Positions 18,974-28,650 of a stretch of DNA of 64,000 nt are shown here, one piece after another; position 1 is the stretch's first letter; the number at the start of each line of letters is the position of its first letter. The translations under genes were made by a program, and so were the position numbers. The notes below the pieces were generated by a model. It was not told the DNA's origin and searched no databases. It worked only from the letters and a program-made list of their open reading frames with translations. The DNA is taken from contig JALNYL010000001.1 in the NCBI GenBank assembly GCA_023229865.1, forward strand, positions 23,008 to 87,007, given 5' to 3'. This DNA is from Minisyncoccota bacterium (GTDB lineage Bacteria > Patescibacteriota > Minisyncoccia > Phycocordibacterales > UBA1550).

Positions 18974-19741
18974 CTACACAAGGCGGTACTTTCCTGCATC
19001 AATAAATTCAAGATAGTTCTTGTCTCTCAAAAACTGTAATTGCTGTCTAATTTTTGGCTTAATGTTTTTATTTTCAGGATGAATGACAGATAAATTTTTT
19101 TCAAAATTATACACGTCTTGCAATGTGAACTCCTTCTTATTCAATGAATCAATACAATTCATTATGTCCAAAATCCATCCTTTTGCATCGCTCTTTTTAA
19201 TCTGTTTCAAAAAGACAGTCTTTTGCCATTTTTCTAGTACTTCTTTCTTGCTAAGTTCTTTTCCGTTTTCAATATAAAAAATCTGCCCTGCTTTTGGTAT
19301 TTTTGAAAACAAAATATTTGAACCAACCCAGCCAGCTCGTCTTGCACTTTCTGCTAGTGGTTTTCTTTCTTCAATAATTTCTGATACAAAAAAGTGTTTT
19401 GGAACAACGAAAAAATCATTTACTTTCCAGTCTTCAACCAAATAGCCCATAAAAAAGAAATTTGGTTTTTGCGGTGAATTAATTCTCTTCACCATTTGAG
19501 AATATGCACCAGCAGAAACTTTGTTTCCCATTTTTCCCTTTTTAGATTTTAACTCAAAATCTTCTGCACATTTTTTACAATAAAAATCAGCAACAGGCTT
19601 ATTGTTTTCGTAGTCAGAAACACCATAGCCACAACTCGGGCAATATATTTCATTAAGCACCCATTTTTCAGTCAGAACTCGAGCCTTTTGCGAGTTGCTT
19701 ACGTAAGCATCAGCTATCTTTGTAACAAAATTTAAGTTCAT
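18974..19741 (-). CDS. DpnI-family (Dam-replacing protein) methyl-directed restriction endonuclease
   Basis: SNSQKARVLTE, CPSCG, NKPVADFYC..C.E.FELKSK, RRAGWVGSNI; winged-helix KIRQQLQFLRD. Confidence 0.92.
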   Translation of the reverse strand: MNLNFVTKIADAYVSNSQKARVLTEKWVLNEIYCPSCGYGVSDYENNKPVADFYCKKCAEDFELKSKKGKMGNKVSAGAYSQMVKRINSPQKPNFFFMGYLVEDWKVNDFFVVPKHFFVSEIIEERKPLAESARRAGWVGSNILFSKIPKAGQIFYIENGKELSKKEVLEKWQKTVFLKQIKKSDAKGWILDIMNCIDSLNKKEFTLQDVYNFEKNLSVIHPENKNIKPKIRQQLQFLRDKNYLEFIDAGKYRLV

Positions 19742-19982
19742 AAATATCAGAAAGTATACCACGCACAGAAGATTTTGAACTACACCCAAGGCAGAAAATC
19801 CCACCTTAGAATGGGGTTTTCTAAAGTTGTGAGCCTAATCGAGATGCGACCCAAGGATACATTACCCTGTAAGGCTTATTTTAGCTCTTTCTGTCCCGTT
19901 AATCGACCCTTCTCGAGAGTTTGTAACAGTTAGCCAAACATGAATTCCGAGCTATGAAAGACATTTAAATAATGAAGATCTT

Positions 19983-21476
19983 CTATCTCTTTTGGAGTGG
20001 ATTTAATATCTCTATGCATCTTTCTAAAATTTCAGGATTATTCACTATAATTATCTTAAGTTCTTTTCGCACTCTTGTTATAGCTTGAAAAAGCATTTTA
20101 TGCGGCAAATAAGGACCATTTGTAGTGTGAGTTAGTTCACCTGTTTCTTTATATACAAATTTTTCTCCCACAATTACTACAACTTTATCAAATTCTTGTC
20201 CTATAACACCATGTGCATTCGCTGAAGAGTTAGTGTGTATATTGTATGTTTCATATATTGAGCTTCCATGCAACTGTTCTGTGTAATTTATATATACCCA
20301 CCGTTCATCTTCAAGATTCTTTACATAACCACCAACGCAATTCATATTTTCAAAATACTGTATCGTGACATTTTTATATGCCCTTTGAGATTTGTTTTCT
20401 TTTTTATTAACAAATCTTTTTATAAAAGAAGAAATTTCTTTATTCGTTCTTATATTTTCAGATAGCTCGAAATGATTTTTTATCCCCTCAAATAATTCTG
20501 CGGCAGATCTGTTACCATGCTTACCATCTATAAGACTTAGCGTTTGGGTTTTGTCGTAACTAAATAAGTAATTGAATTTTTCTTTATTATTTATAATTAC
20601 AGTCAATTGTATTGAACGAATTCTTTGGGCTTCATCAAATATTATTAAACTGTAGCTGTCTTTAACCCTTTGTTCTGTAAATTCGCTTATCGAAATTAAA
20701 TCAAAATTATGCACATCCCTTAACTTTACTTGTCCTAGATTTAATTTTCCGCAATGAACAATCAGTACTTTATTGTGATTAGATATTATTTCCTTTGCTA
20801 TATCATACACAAGTAATGTTTTTCCTGTTCCTGCTTTTCCAGAGATAGCACAAGGGCCAAATTCATTTTTCGCCATTATCTCCAGTATAGATTTCTTAAT
20901 CTTTACTTGATGATCGGTCAAAAAATATTCACCTTTTATAAACTTATCAGTACTATTGAAAGGCGACACAAGAAATTCAGATGGATCAAATAGTGAATCC
21001 AAATTCTCTTTTGTAGGGGAATCCGTCAACAAAACTTCTAGTAAGTCTTTTACTTCTAACTCACTTAGCTCTTTCTTTTCATTAAGAATATATAGTTTAT
21101 CTTCGTTTGATTGATAAGTGATGTTATAAATTTTATCTTTTCCAAGAGAATCAAGATAGTATTTATTTTGTGTTAACTGTTTCTTTATATTTTCTTCACT
21201 TGCGCCAGATTTTAATTCAATATTAATAACCGAATTTTTTGTGATTCTCAGTAAATCAAACTCTTTGGATATCTGCGGTATTTTATATCCAATATAATAC
21301 CCATCAAAGATATTTGGACTTTGATATTCTCCAAACAACTTTTCTATGAATTTCGATAGATCTTCTATTTCATTATCTTCAAGATTTACGTTTAGGTATT
21401 CTAAATACTTCTTAAATAATTCATCAGATAGATTATTTTTCGATTCTAATATTGATAATAAGTTTGTAAAGTTCAT
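19983..21476 (-). CDS. Nuclease-helicase (DUF2075/Schlafen group 3-like), probable anti-phage protein
   Basis: N-terminal EFDLLR...NIELKS PD-(D/E)xK-like motif; Walker A GKAGTGKT; DEAQ; GQEFD; ITRVR; strongly AT-rich. Confidence 0.8.
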   Translation of the reverse strand: MNFTNLLSILESKNNLSDELFKKYLEYLNVNLEDNEIEDLSKFIEKLFGEYQSPNIFDGYYIGYKIPQISKEFDLLRITKNSVINIELKSGASEENIKKQLTQNKYYLDSLGKDKIYNITYQSNEDKLYILNEKKELSELEVKDLLEVLLTDSPTKENLDSLFDPSEFLVSPFNSTDKFIKGEYFLTDHQVKIKKSILEIMAKNEFGPCAISGKAGTGKTLLVYDIAKEIISNHNKVLIVHCGKLNLGQVKLRDVHNFDLISISEFTEQRVKDSYSLIIFDEAQRIRSIQLTVIINNKEKFNYLFSYDKTQTLSLIDGKHGNRSAAELFEGIKNHFELSENIRTNKEISSFIKRFVNKKENKSQRAYKNVTIQYFENMNCVGGYVKNLEDERWVYINYTEQLHGSSIYETYNIHTNSSANAHGVIGQEFDKVVVIVGEKFVYKETGELTHTTNGPYLPHKMLFQAITRVRKELKIIIVNNPEILERCIEILNPLQKR

Positions 21477-21564
21477 AAATCAATAATAACAAACACGCCT
21501 CAAAAGTAACTTTTTCTTAGTCTTAGATTCGAGCCTTCTCGAGTGCTCGAACCAGCTCTCTTTG

Positions 21565-21636
21565 TGACCTTACGGAGAATCGAACTCCGATTACAGGAAT
21601 GAGAATCCTGTGTCCTAGCCGTTAGACGATAAGGCC
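21565..21636 (-). tRNA. tRNA-Glu (CTC)
   Basis: GGCCTTA TCGTCTAACGGCTAGGAC ACAGGA TT CTC AT TCCTG ... GGAGTTCGATTCTCC GTAAGGTCA; 72 nt cloverleaf; no encoded CCA. Confidence 0.95.
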
Positions 21637-21720
21637 TTTATATTTCTTCAATTTCAAAGCGCCCTTTGGCGCTTGTTTAATACTGTAGCACATTTTCTGG
21701 TATTTTGCCAATAGCCCCAC

Positions 21721-22125
21721 CTACTCAGCCTTAATTTGGAAATTGTACATCCCCATTGAGCAGACTCCTTGAATCTTTTCGCCGGGTTTTGGTGTCCCCA
21801 AATCAATAATCTCTTCCTGTGTTGGCGCAAGGACCTTCTGAAAGCCGATAGAGCGCACCACAAGAGATGCTGAGCAGTCATAGGTGCCACTCGTCTTCAC
21901 GATGAGCTTGGTCGGGATATCAGGCTTTATAGAAGATAGTTTTGGGAAGTACCCGCCCTTTGCCGCGAGCGTCACATATTGCACACCGTCTCTCATTTCC
22001 GTGTTTTGCGTTTGGGCGACCTCCGTATTCCCCAGCGAAGCCTCGGGAGTTTTTGTCACAAAATATAATGCTCCGCCGACAATCGCGATACTGAGCACCA
22101 CTGATATGAAAGTATTCTTTTGCAT
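21721..22125 (-). CDS. Membrane-anchored cupredoxin-like protein
   Basis: GGYFP, YDCSAS, GVCSMGMY; start trimmed to MQKNT. Confidence 0.8.
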   Translation of the reverse strand: MQKNTFISVVLSIAIVGGALYFVTKTPEASLGNTEVAQTQNTEMRDGVQYVTLAAKGGYFPKLSSIKPDIPTKLIVKTSGTYDCSASLVVRSIGFQKVLAPTQEEIIDLGTPKPGEKIQGVCSMGMYNFQIKAE

Positions 22126-22127
22126 AT

Positions 22128-22934
22128 TTATATATTGAAAAGTGGATCGATGAGACCTAGGCCCACAAGCCCTGCAAGGAGCGCAAATGAACCGAGCCCA
22201 ATCACGACCACGCCGACCGACTTGAAGAAGAGTGGCGCATGCTTCGACTGTGCGAATGTAACCGAGCCAAACGACAATACGAGAAGCACAGGGAGAGTCC
22301 CGAGAGCAAACGAAAGCATAATGAGGAATCCTGACACAAACGAACCACTCGAGAGCGCAGCAACTTGCATCGATTGCGTAAATCCACACGGAAGGAAGAA
22401 TGTCCCCACACCGATAATGAGTGGCGCAAATACTTGATGCTCAACTTTTTTGAAATAATCAAATATTCCTGCAGGAAGTTTGACCGCACGCTTGTTGAGT
22501 ACGCCGACAAGATTGAGCCCGAGGATAATCATCACGAGTGAGGCGACAATCCCGAGCACTGCACCAAGGGTGAAGCTCACACCAATAGCCCCACCGAGCG
22601 CACCGAGTAGCCCTCCAAGGAACGCGAAGCCGCCAAGGCGCCCCATATGAAAAAGATAAAATGGCTTCCTGTTGTCCTTGTCATCCTCAGCAACCTGAGC
22701 AGAAAGCGAGAGGACAAGCCCGCCCACTACCGCGAGACAGCTCGAGACCGAGGCCACGAGGCCTACGATGAAGCTGGTTGCGGGTGTCGCAGGGCCACCA
22801 AGTCCGAGATTCAATATGCCCGACTTTTGCACAATGAAAAATAGTGCGAGAAACGCAAGACCAATAGGGATAGCCTGCCAGATGACATCACTACTCGACT
22901 TTTCATTCTCTCCCTGAAGTTTTGTATTTTTCAT
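22128..22934 (-). CDS. DsbD_2/TauE-SafE-like multi-TM protein (metal/redox)
   Basis: SSCLAVVGG, FHMGRL, FFLPCGFTQ, FALGTLP. Confidence 0.85.
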   Translation of the reverse strand: MKNTKLQGENEKSSSDVIWQAIPIGLAFLALFFIVQKSGILNLGLGGPATPATSFIVGLVASVSSCLAVVGGLVLSLSAQVAEDDKDNRKPFYLFHMGRLGGFAFLGGLLGALGGAIGVSFTLGAVLGIVASLVMIILGLNLVGVLNKRAVKLPAGIFDYFKKVEHQVFAPLIIGVGTFFLPCGFTQSMQVAALSSGSFVSGFLIMLSFALGTLPVLLVLSFGSVTFAQSKHAPLFFKSVGVVVIGLGSFALLAGLVGLGLIDPLFNI

Positions 22935-22972
22935 ATTAGATTTTTACTCTCTTTGCACGCCCAATTTCTGGG

Positions 22973-23038
22973 CCAGCGTTTGGCGCAAGCCAAACGCTGG
23001 AGTCATTCAATATTCCACATTCCAGATTCTATATCCTA
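22973..23038. repeat. Perfect REP-like hairpin plus a heptamer tandem array
   Basis: CCAGCGTTTGGC-GCAA-GCCAAACGCTGG followed by ATTCAAT ATTCCAC ATTCCAG ATTCTAT. Confidence 0.6.
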
Positions 23039-24331
23039 CCCGCGTGCCTTCCACTCCTCCTCCTGTCGCACAAGAAGCTCGCTCGCGCGTTGTGGCTCCG
23101 CCATTACCTCCTCCACAATACGCTCCATACGCATACCCTGTGAGCCCTTTACGAGCACGATGTCCCCTTCTTTAAGAAGTCCTTCGAGGGTCTTGCCTGC
23201 TTCTTTTGAATTATCAAACTCCAAAATATTTCTCTCATCCATGTCGTTTCCGAGCGCGCCTTCGACGATATATCTTGCGCGAGGACCAACGGCAATAATA
23301 ATATCAGCGAAACTTCCCGCCTGACTTCCGAGCTTCTTGTGTTCGTCGATTGTGTATTTACCGAGCTCGAGCATATCACCAAGCACCACAATGCGACGAC
23401 CCTTGGTCTTGATACCGCGGAGTGCCTCCACAGCGGCTTCTGCAGCTACTGGAGAAGCATTGTAGGTGTCATCAATGAGCGTTGCCCCACGAAGCGCGGG
23501 GATGAGACGCATACGTCCAGAAGGTCCCTGATGTGCCGCGAGACGACCGAGAATATCGATGATATTGAGCTTGAGGTATGCTCCCGTCGCGATGGCTGCA
23601 AGTGCGCTATACACCGGCTGTACGCCGAGTACGCCACGGAGCGCTACAGGGAAAACATTGCCATCATACTCGAGCTTAAACGTAGTCCCTACGGGCACAC
23701 CACTCTCGTAGGCAGTTTGAATATTGGTAGCACAAAACATCGCACCGCTATTTAGCCCATAGGTAAGCGACTTGGCTTTTGTCTTTTCGCGGAGTGCGAG
23801 CACGCGCTCGTCGTCGGCGTTTACAATGAGCACACCCGTATTGCGAAGCGCCTTCACGAGGTTTGCCTTTTCTTCAAAGAGTTCGTCAGGAGATTTGAAA
23901 AATTCTACGTGCACAGGGACCTCACTGAAACGTGTGACAACCGCGATATCAGGAGTGATGAGTGATGTCGCGCGCGAGATGTCACCGGGCTTACTAGCGC
24001 CGATTTCGAGCACAAGCCACTTTGGGTAGTGCATGCGGGTCGCGACAAGCAAGAACCCTTTGATAATATTTTTGAGCCAGAGGAAAGGATTTGACCAGCC
24101 ATTTTCACAGTTCAAAATTGTCAGCGGAAGCCCGATCTCGCTATTGAAACTCTTTACGCTTTTGCGCGCAACGAGTGTCTCCCCTACAACCGTAAAAATA
24201 GCGTCCTTGGTCGAGGTCTTGCCGACATTGCCCGTCACGGCAATAACCTTTGGTTTGTACTTCTTGAGCACGAGACGCGCCTCGGCTTCGAGAATGACGG
24301 TGATGATGTTTTTTATAATATTTTTGAGCAT
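23036..24331 (-). CDS. murF: UDP-MurNAc-tripeptide--D-Ala-D-Ala ligase
   Basis: VTGNVGKTSTK, NSEIGLP, DDTYNASP, LGDMLELG, VKGSQ. Confidence 0.92.
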   Translation of the reverse strand: MLKNIIKNIITVILEAEARLVLKKYKPKVIAVTGNVGKTSTKDAIFTVVGETLVARKSVKSFNSEIGLPLTILNCENGWSNPFLWLKNIIKGFLLVATRMHYPKWLVLEIGASKPGDISRATSLITPDIAVVTRFSEVPVHVEFFKSPDELFEEKANLVKALRNTGVLIVNADDERVLALREKTKAKSLTYGLNSGAMFCATNIQTAYESGVPVGTTFKLEYDGNVFPVALRGVLGVQPVYSALAAIATGAYLKLNIIDILGRLAAHQGPSGRMRLIPALRGATLIDDTYNASPVAAEAAVEALRGIKTKGRRIVVLGDMLELGKYTIDEHKKLGSQAGSFADIIIAVGPRARYIVEGALGNDMDERNILEFDNSKEAGKTLEGLLKEGDIVLVKGSQGMRMERIVEEVMAEPQRASELLVRQEEEWKARG

Positions 24332-24371
24332 GGCTGATTTGTTAATAACGAAAATTTATTTTAATTCACCA

Positions 24372-24424
24372 CCCAGTTAAATCCTGCTTCGCAGGAATTT
24401 CCTTACGGAAATTATTTAACCGGG
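24372..24424. repeat. Branched palindromic REP-like element
   Basis: CCAGTTAAAT-(CCTGC TTC GCAGG)-(ATTTCC TTAC GGAAAT)-ATTTAACCGG. Confidence 0.55.
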
Positions 24425-24455
24425 TAGATAATCTAATGTCGCTGCGCTCGTTATC

Positions 24456-26171
24456 TTATCTATCGGGCGGTATTTCATAATAGTTTAACAAAAATTTTGT
24501 GATTTGCATAAACGGCTCCGACAACGTATGCGAAGCGTATGCCTCACCACGAGGATTTTTGAGCGTGATGAGCACAATAAATTTTGGATCATACGATGGG
24601 AAGTATCCAAAGAATGTGTGAAGGTAGTCCGTCTTTGAATACGCACCATCTTCCACGAGCTGTGCGGTACCTGTCTTTGCGGCGATACTGTAGTGCTCCA
24701 TCTTGAGCGTGCCGCCCATGAGCGCCTTGTCCACTACGGTCGTGAGCATGCGCGTAATCTCTTCTGATGTTTCTTTTTTGATCACGCGACGTTCTTCTGT
24801 CGGCACAAACTCGCGCGGAAGGCCGAGACTGTACTCGGTGCTCTTGACCACATGAGGAGAAACGAGCGTGCCACCATTAGCAAGGACTGAGAGTGCGCGA
24901 ATCGTCGCAATCGGTGTCATTGAAATACCTTGTCCAAACGATGCGGTCGCGTATTCAATATCGCGCGTGCTCTCGAGGTTGCGGATGTCGCCAACGCTTT
25001 CGTTGGGCAGGTCAATCCCCGTCTCTTCGCCAACACCAAACGCTTTAAAATAATCTCGGAAACGATCTTTTCCCAAACGCTCCATAACAAACATTGTCCC
25101 CGTGTTGAGCGACTGATTGAGGATCTCCTGCATGGGCACAATACCACGCGCCTTGCCGTCGTAGTTGGAAATGCGCTTCGTGTTTACAACACGATAACCC
25201 TTATCGTCGTATGTCGTGCTTGCTGTGATTACTCCTGCATCAATACCAGCCGCAACCGTGAGTGGCTTGATAATCGAACCCATTTCATACACGCCATCAA
25301 CGAGAGGATTTGCAAACACGCTTTGATTTTTCTCTTTCGAAAAATTGTTGGGATCAAAGGTAGGCATCGTCGCCATCGCGTAGATCTCGCCTGTCTTTGG
25401 GTTCATGATGATACCGCTCGCGCTCGCTGCGCTATATTTCTCGAGGATGTCTTTTTCAAGCGTACGCTCAAGAAATCCCTGCACCGTCGGCTCAATCGTA
25501 GTAAGGAGATCGCCCTCGCGCTCACGGTCGAAGAGGATGGCAGCGCCTGGTTTCAAAAAGAGGTCCGCAAAAAAACTCGAGGACTCGCTATTGCCCGAAC
25601 GCGCGAGTGTCTCATCATAATAACGCTCGAGGCCATAGCGACCGACGAGCGCGGCCCCCGAGTCCCCGCCCTGACTCACGAAACCGAGCACCTGCGCAGC
25701 TGCGCGACCACCAGGATAAAATCGCTTTTTGTCTTTTTGTAAAATCACCGCCTTCTCGCCGAGTGCGCGGATCCCCTCGACGTCTTTCTCGGACAAGTGT
25801 TTTGCCACTTCCTCGTACTGATCCCCTTTACGCCCCATACGCGCAATCAAGTCCGCACGATCAAATTTCACAAACTCGAGAAGTTTGTCGGCGAGGGCGG
25901 CTTTGTCAGCGACTTTAGTAGGGTCGACGGCGAGCGTGTAGTCGGGCACTACGGTCGCTGCAGAAATCTTGCGTCCTGACTTTTCTTCAAAAAATATTGT
26001 GCCACGGTCAAAGTTGCCGAGATTAGCAACAAGGTACTTTGATTCCGCGCGGGCTTTGTAGTATTCGCCTTTTGCGATTTGGATATAACCAAGTTTTGCA
26101 ATCAAAAGGAGTGCTATCAAGAGCACTCCTATATTGATAAACCATATGTTCTTTAAAAAACGACTCTTCAT
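24456..26171 (-). CDS. ftsI: Class B penicillin-binding protein (division)
   Basis: SIIK, SLN and KTG motifs; position in the dcw cluster. Confidence 0.9.
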   Translation of the reverse strand: MKSRFLKNIWFINIGVLLIALLLIAKLGYIQIAKGEYYKARAESKYLVANLGNFDRGTIFFEEKSGRKISAATVVPDYTLAVDPTKVADKAALADKLLEFVKFDRADLIARMGRKGDQYEEVAKHLSEKDVEGIRALGEKAVILQKDKKRFYPGGRAAAQVLGFVSQGGDSGAALVGRYGLERYYDETLARSGNSESSSFFADLFLKPGAAILFDREREGDLLTTIEPTVQGFLERTLEKDILEKYSAASASGIIMNPKTGEIYAMATMPTFDPNNFSKEKNQSVFANPLVDGVYEMGSIIKPLTVAAGIDAGVITASTTYDDKGYRVVNTKRISNYDGKARGIVPMQEILNQSLNTGTMFVMERLGKDRFRDYFKAFGVGEETGIDLPNESVGDIRNLESTRDIEYATASFGQGISMTPIATIRALSVLANGGTLVSPHVVKSTEYSLGLPREFVPTEERRVIKKETSEEITRMLTTVVDKALMGGTLKMEHYSIAAKTGTAQLVEDGAYSKTDYLHTFFGYFPSYDPKFIVLITLKNPRGEAYASHTLSEPFMQITKFLLNYYEIPPDR

Positions 26172-26176
26172 ACTGC

Positions 26177-26482
26177 CTAGCGTGCCATCGAAAGTTTAGA
26201 TCCAGTCTCTCCAGTGAATTTTGCATTTACCTCCTTGAAGCCAAGGTTCTTTGCGTATGCGAGCGTAACCGCATTTGACTGTGCCAAGTAATCTGCCTCA
26301 AGTGTCCCTGCGGTACTTGCGAGCTCGTGTGCAGTACGGTTCATGTTGTTGCGATCCACCACCGCAACCGTGAGCGTGAGCACTGAGTACAAATAGAACA
26401 CCGCAACAAGCCCAAGAAGTGAAGCTAGGGCCCAAAAGATTTTTCTTTCAATATTGCTGAGGTCGAGTGTTTTTGTTGTCAT
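26177..26482 (-). CDS. FtsL-like cell division protein
   Basis: TM plus coiled coil, AKNLGF; lies between rsmH and ftsI. Confidence 0.7.
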   Translation of the reverse strand: MTTKTLDLSNIERKIFWALASLLGLVAVFYLYSVLTLTVAVVDRNNMNRTAHELASTAGTLEADYLAQSNAVTLAYAKNLGFKEVNAKFTGETGSKLSMAR

Positions 26483-26493
26483 AATGGTGGTTG

Positions 26494-27381
26494 TTAATTT
26501 TTAATGATAATTCTTAGTTTTGAACTTCTTGATTTTGGATTCTCTTTTACTTCACTATCACTTGGCACAATTGGTTTTTTGGTAACGAGGGTTCCTTCTC
26601 CCTCTTGTGCTTTTTGTCTAAAAAATTCTTTTACGATGCGGTCTTCGAGACTATGAAATGAGATGACCGCCATCCTTCCTCCTGGAGCGAGGTGTGCAAA
26701 CCCTTTTGCGAGGCCTTCGCGGAGGGCTCCGAGCTCGTCGTTGACCGCGATGCGGAGCGCTTGGAAAGTCTTTGTCGCAGGATGAATCTTGCTAAAACCA
26801 AACTTGGGAACACACTGCTTTACAATCTCGGCGAGTTGACCAGATGTTTCGATAGGCTCTATCTCACGAGCTTCTACAATAGCCTTGGCGATGCGGCGGG
26901 AGTAGCGTTCCTCGCCGTAGCCGTAGATAATGTCCGCGATACTCTCTTCCGCCCATTCGTTTACAATCTCGCGTGCGGTGAGGCCTTCTCCTGACGAACG
27001 AAAGGTCATGAGGAGCGGTTCGTCGCGCATAAACGAGAAACCACGTGGTGCGACCTCAAGCTGGCGATTTGAGAGACCAATGTCGAGCAAGATAGCATCT
27101 ACGCTCTCTACATTTGCCCCTGCGAGGACAGTATCGATATTGCGGAAGTTGTCACACACAAAGAGTTTCTTGCAAGGAAGATCTTTCAAGCGCTCTTCTG
27201 CGATTGTAAGAGAATCTTGATCAGCATCAGTGCCAACAAAGAATCCTGTCTTCCCTATTTTTTCGCAAAGAATACGGCTGTGTCCACCGAGACCAACGGT
27301 CCCTTCAAACACGGTCGCTCCCTCATTGAGTGCGAGTCCATCTGTTGCTTCATGTAAAAGAACTGAGATATGACGGTCCAT
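26494..27381 (-). CDS. rsmH: 16S rRNA m4C1402 methyltransferase
   Basis: HISVLL, GLGGHS, RGFSF, HPATKTFQALRIAVNDE, SFHSLEDR. Confidence 0.97.
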   Translation of the reverse strand: MDRHISVLLHEATDGLALNEGATVFEGTVGLGGHSRILCEKIGKTGFFVGTDADQDSLTIAEERLKDLPCKKLFVCDNFRNIDTVLAGANVESVDAILLDIGLSNRQLEVAPRGFSFMRDEPLLMTFRSSGEGLTAREIVNEWAEESIADIIYGYGEERYSRRIAKAIVEAREIEPIETSGQLAEIVKQCVPKFGFSKIHPATKTFQALRIAVNDELGALREGLAKGFAHLAPGGRMAVISFHSLEDRIVKEFFRQKAQEGEGTLVTKKPIVPSDSEVKENPKSRSSKLRIIIKN

Positions 27382-27383
27382 AA

Positions 27384-27818
27384 TTAGATAACGCCAATCT
27401 CACCAAGCTTCTCTGCAAGCGCGTCTGCACCCTTTTGAATGCGTGCCTTGTATCCACGCCATACCTTTTCATCCCAGAGCTCAACACGTGTAGATACTCC
27501 TACGACGGCGACTTGAGTCTTTAAGTCTGCAAAATCTTTCAAAAAATCTGGAACAAGGATACGACCAATACTGTCGACATCTGTCTCAACGGCACCCGCG
27601 AGCATAAAGCGACCAAATCCACGCGTGTCCGCCTGTCCCATAGGAAGTCCCGCAAGCTTCTCTGCAACCTTCTCCCACTCTTTCATTGGATAGACGAAGA
27701 GGCAGTTGTCGAGACCATGCGTGATGACCACCTTCTTACCAAGCTCCTTGCGGAACTTGGCAGGAAGCGCGATGCGCTTCTTTGGATCAAGGGTGTGAAT
27801 GTGTTCGCCGATAAGCAT
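27384..27818 (-). CDS. mraZ: Transcriptional regulator MraZ
   Basis: DPKKRIALP and DSIGRILVP repeats. Confidence 0.97.
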   Translation of the reverse strand: MLIGEHIHTLDPKKRIALPAKFRKELGKKVVITHGLDNCLFVYPMKEWEKVAEKLAGLPMGQADTRGFGRFMLAGAVETDVDSIGRILVPDFLKDFADLKTQVAVVGVSTRVELWDEKVWRGYKARIQKGADALAEKLGEIGVI

Positions 27819-27877
27819 AGTTTGTTTTCGTGAGACGAAGTGGCAAATCTGTTATTTATGGCCAAATATCAGATTTA

Positions 27878-27934
27878 CCACTTCATCCCACTTGTCTACA
27901 TTATATTACACTTCGCCCCACTGTACAACACTTT
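27878..27934 (-). promoter_or_regulatory. MraZ operator: six AAGTG(G/T)-type repeats at 10-bp period
   Basis: + strand CCACTT, CCACTT, ACATTA, ACACTT, CCACTG, ACACTT every 10 bp; overlaps a TATAAT on the - strand. Confidence 0.8.
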
Positions 27935-27944
27935 ATGCCAATAG

Positions 27945-28031
27945 TTATCCACAAGTGAGTGAGTGGAATAAAAAGCTCGCTTTTTGATTCCCGAGCGAAC
28001 GAAGTGGATATTGTACCCAGTTATATCCACA
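27945..28031. promoter_or_regulatory. DnaA boxes upstream of mraZ
   Basis: Perfect TTATCCACA at 27945-27953; one-mismatch ATATCCACA at 28023-28031. Confidence 0.5.
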
Positions 28032-28092
28032 ACTTTATTTTTTCGAACAAAGAAAAAACCCAGCATTCACTGGGCTTAAATGGAAATTGTTT

Positions 28093-28401
28093 TTAGTCGT
28101 TTTTTAAAGAGAGAGAAACGATGAGTGAGGGGTTCTTGTCCTTGAGGCAAACGATGAATTCCTCAAGACATTGGTATACGGAAGTTGGGGCCTCTTCATC
28201 CATATGAGCCGGGCCAAGTTCCATGACTGCTTTTTCAGCAAGCTTGAGCAAACGCTCATGCGTCTTCGTCATCTGATTCTCGTTTACACAGGACACAATG
28301 TCCGGCCTCACGAGGATGTCGAGCACATGCTTCCATGTGATTCGCGGAGACGAACCAGGCAAGAGCGGAGTCAGCATACTAGTAGCAACACGAGGTTTCA
28401 T
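28093..28401 (-). CDS. Hypothetical protein
   Basis: SD AAGGAG; own TGG-TAGTGT -10; terminator about 28052-28080. Confidence 0.65.
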   Translation of the reverse strand: MKPRVATSMLTPLLPGSSPRITWKHVLDILVRPDIVSCVNENQMTKTHERLLKLAEKAVMELGPAHMDEEAPTSVYQCLEEFIVCLKDKNPSLIVSLSLKND

Positions 28402-28650
28402 AACCTTTTCTCCTTTAAAGAGACTTCAGAACATAAGAGGGTAAATTTATCCCCCTCTTCCAATAAAGACACTACCATTTCCATCGGAAAACGCAACCCA
28501 AAAAGAAAGAGGCCACTCGCGAACGAGTGACCTCTGGTGTAAAACCCTCAACCGGCGAACCCACGGCATATTGGGAACTGCTCATAGAAATGGTGGCGGA
28601 ATTCTTAAACGTTGGCCACGCTATGACAGTTTTGTTCTTGAAGCAACTTG

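Noticed and set aside
27945-28031. Replication origin
   Set aside because: Only one perfect DnaA box, no dnaA/dnaN nearby and no switch of gene strand here
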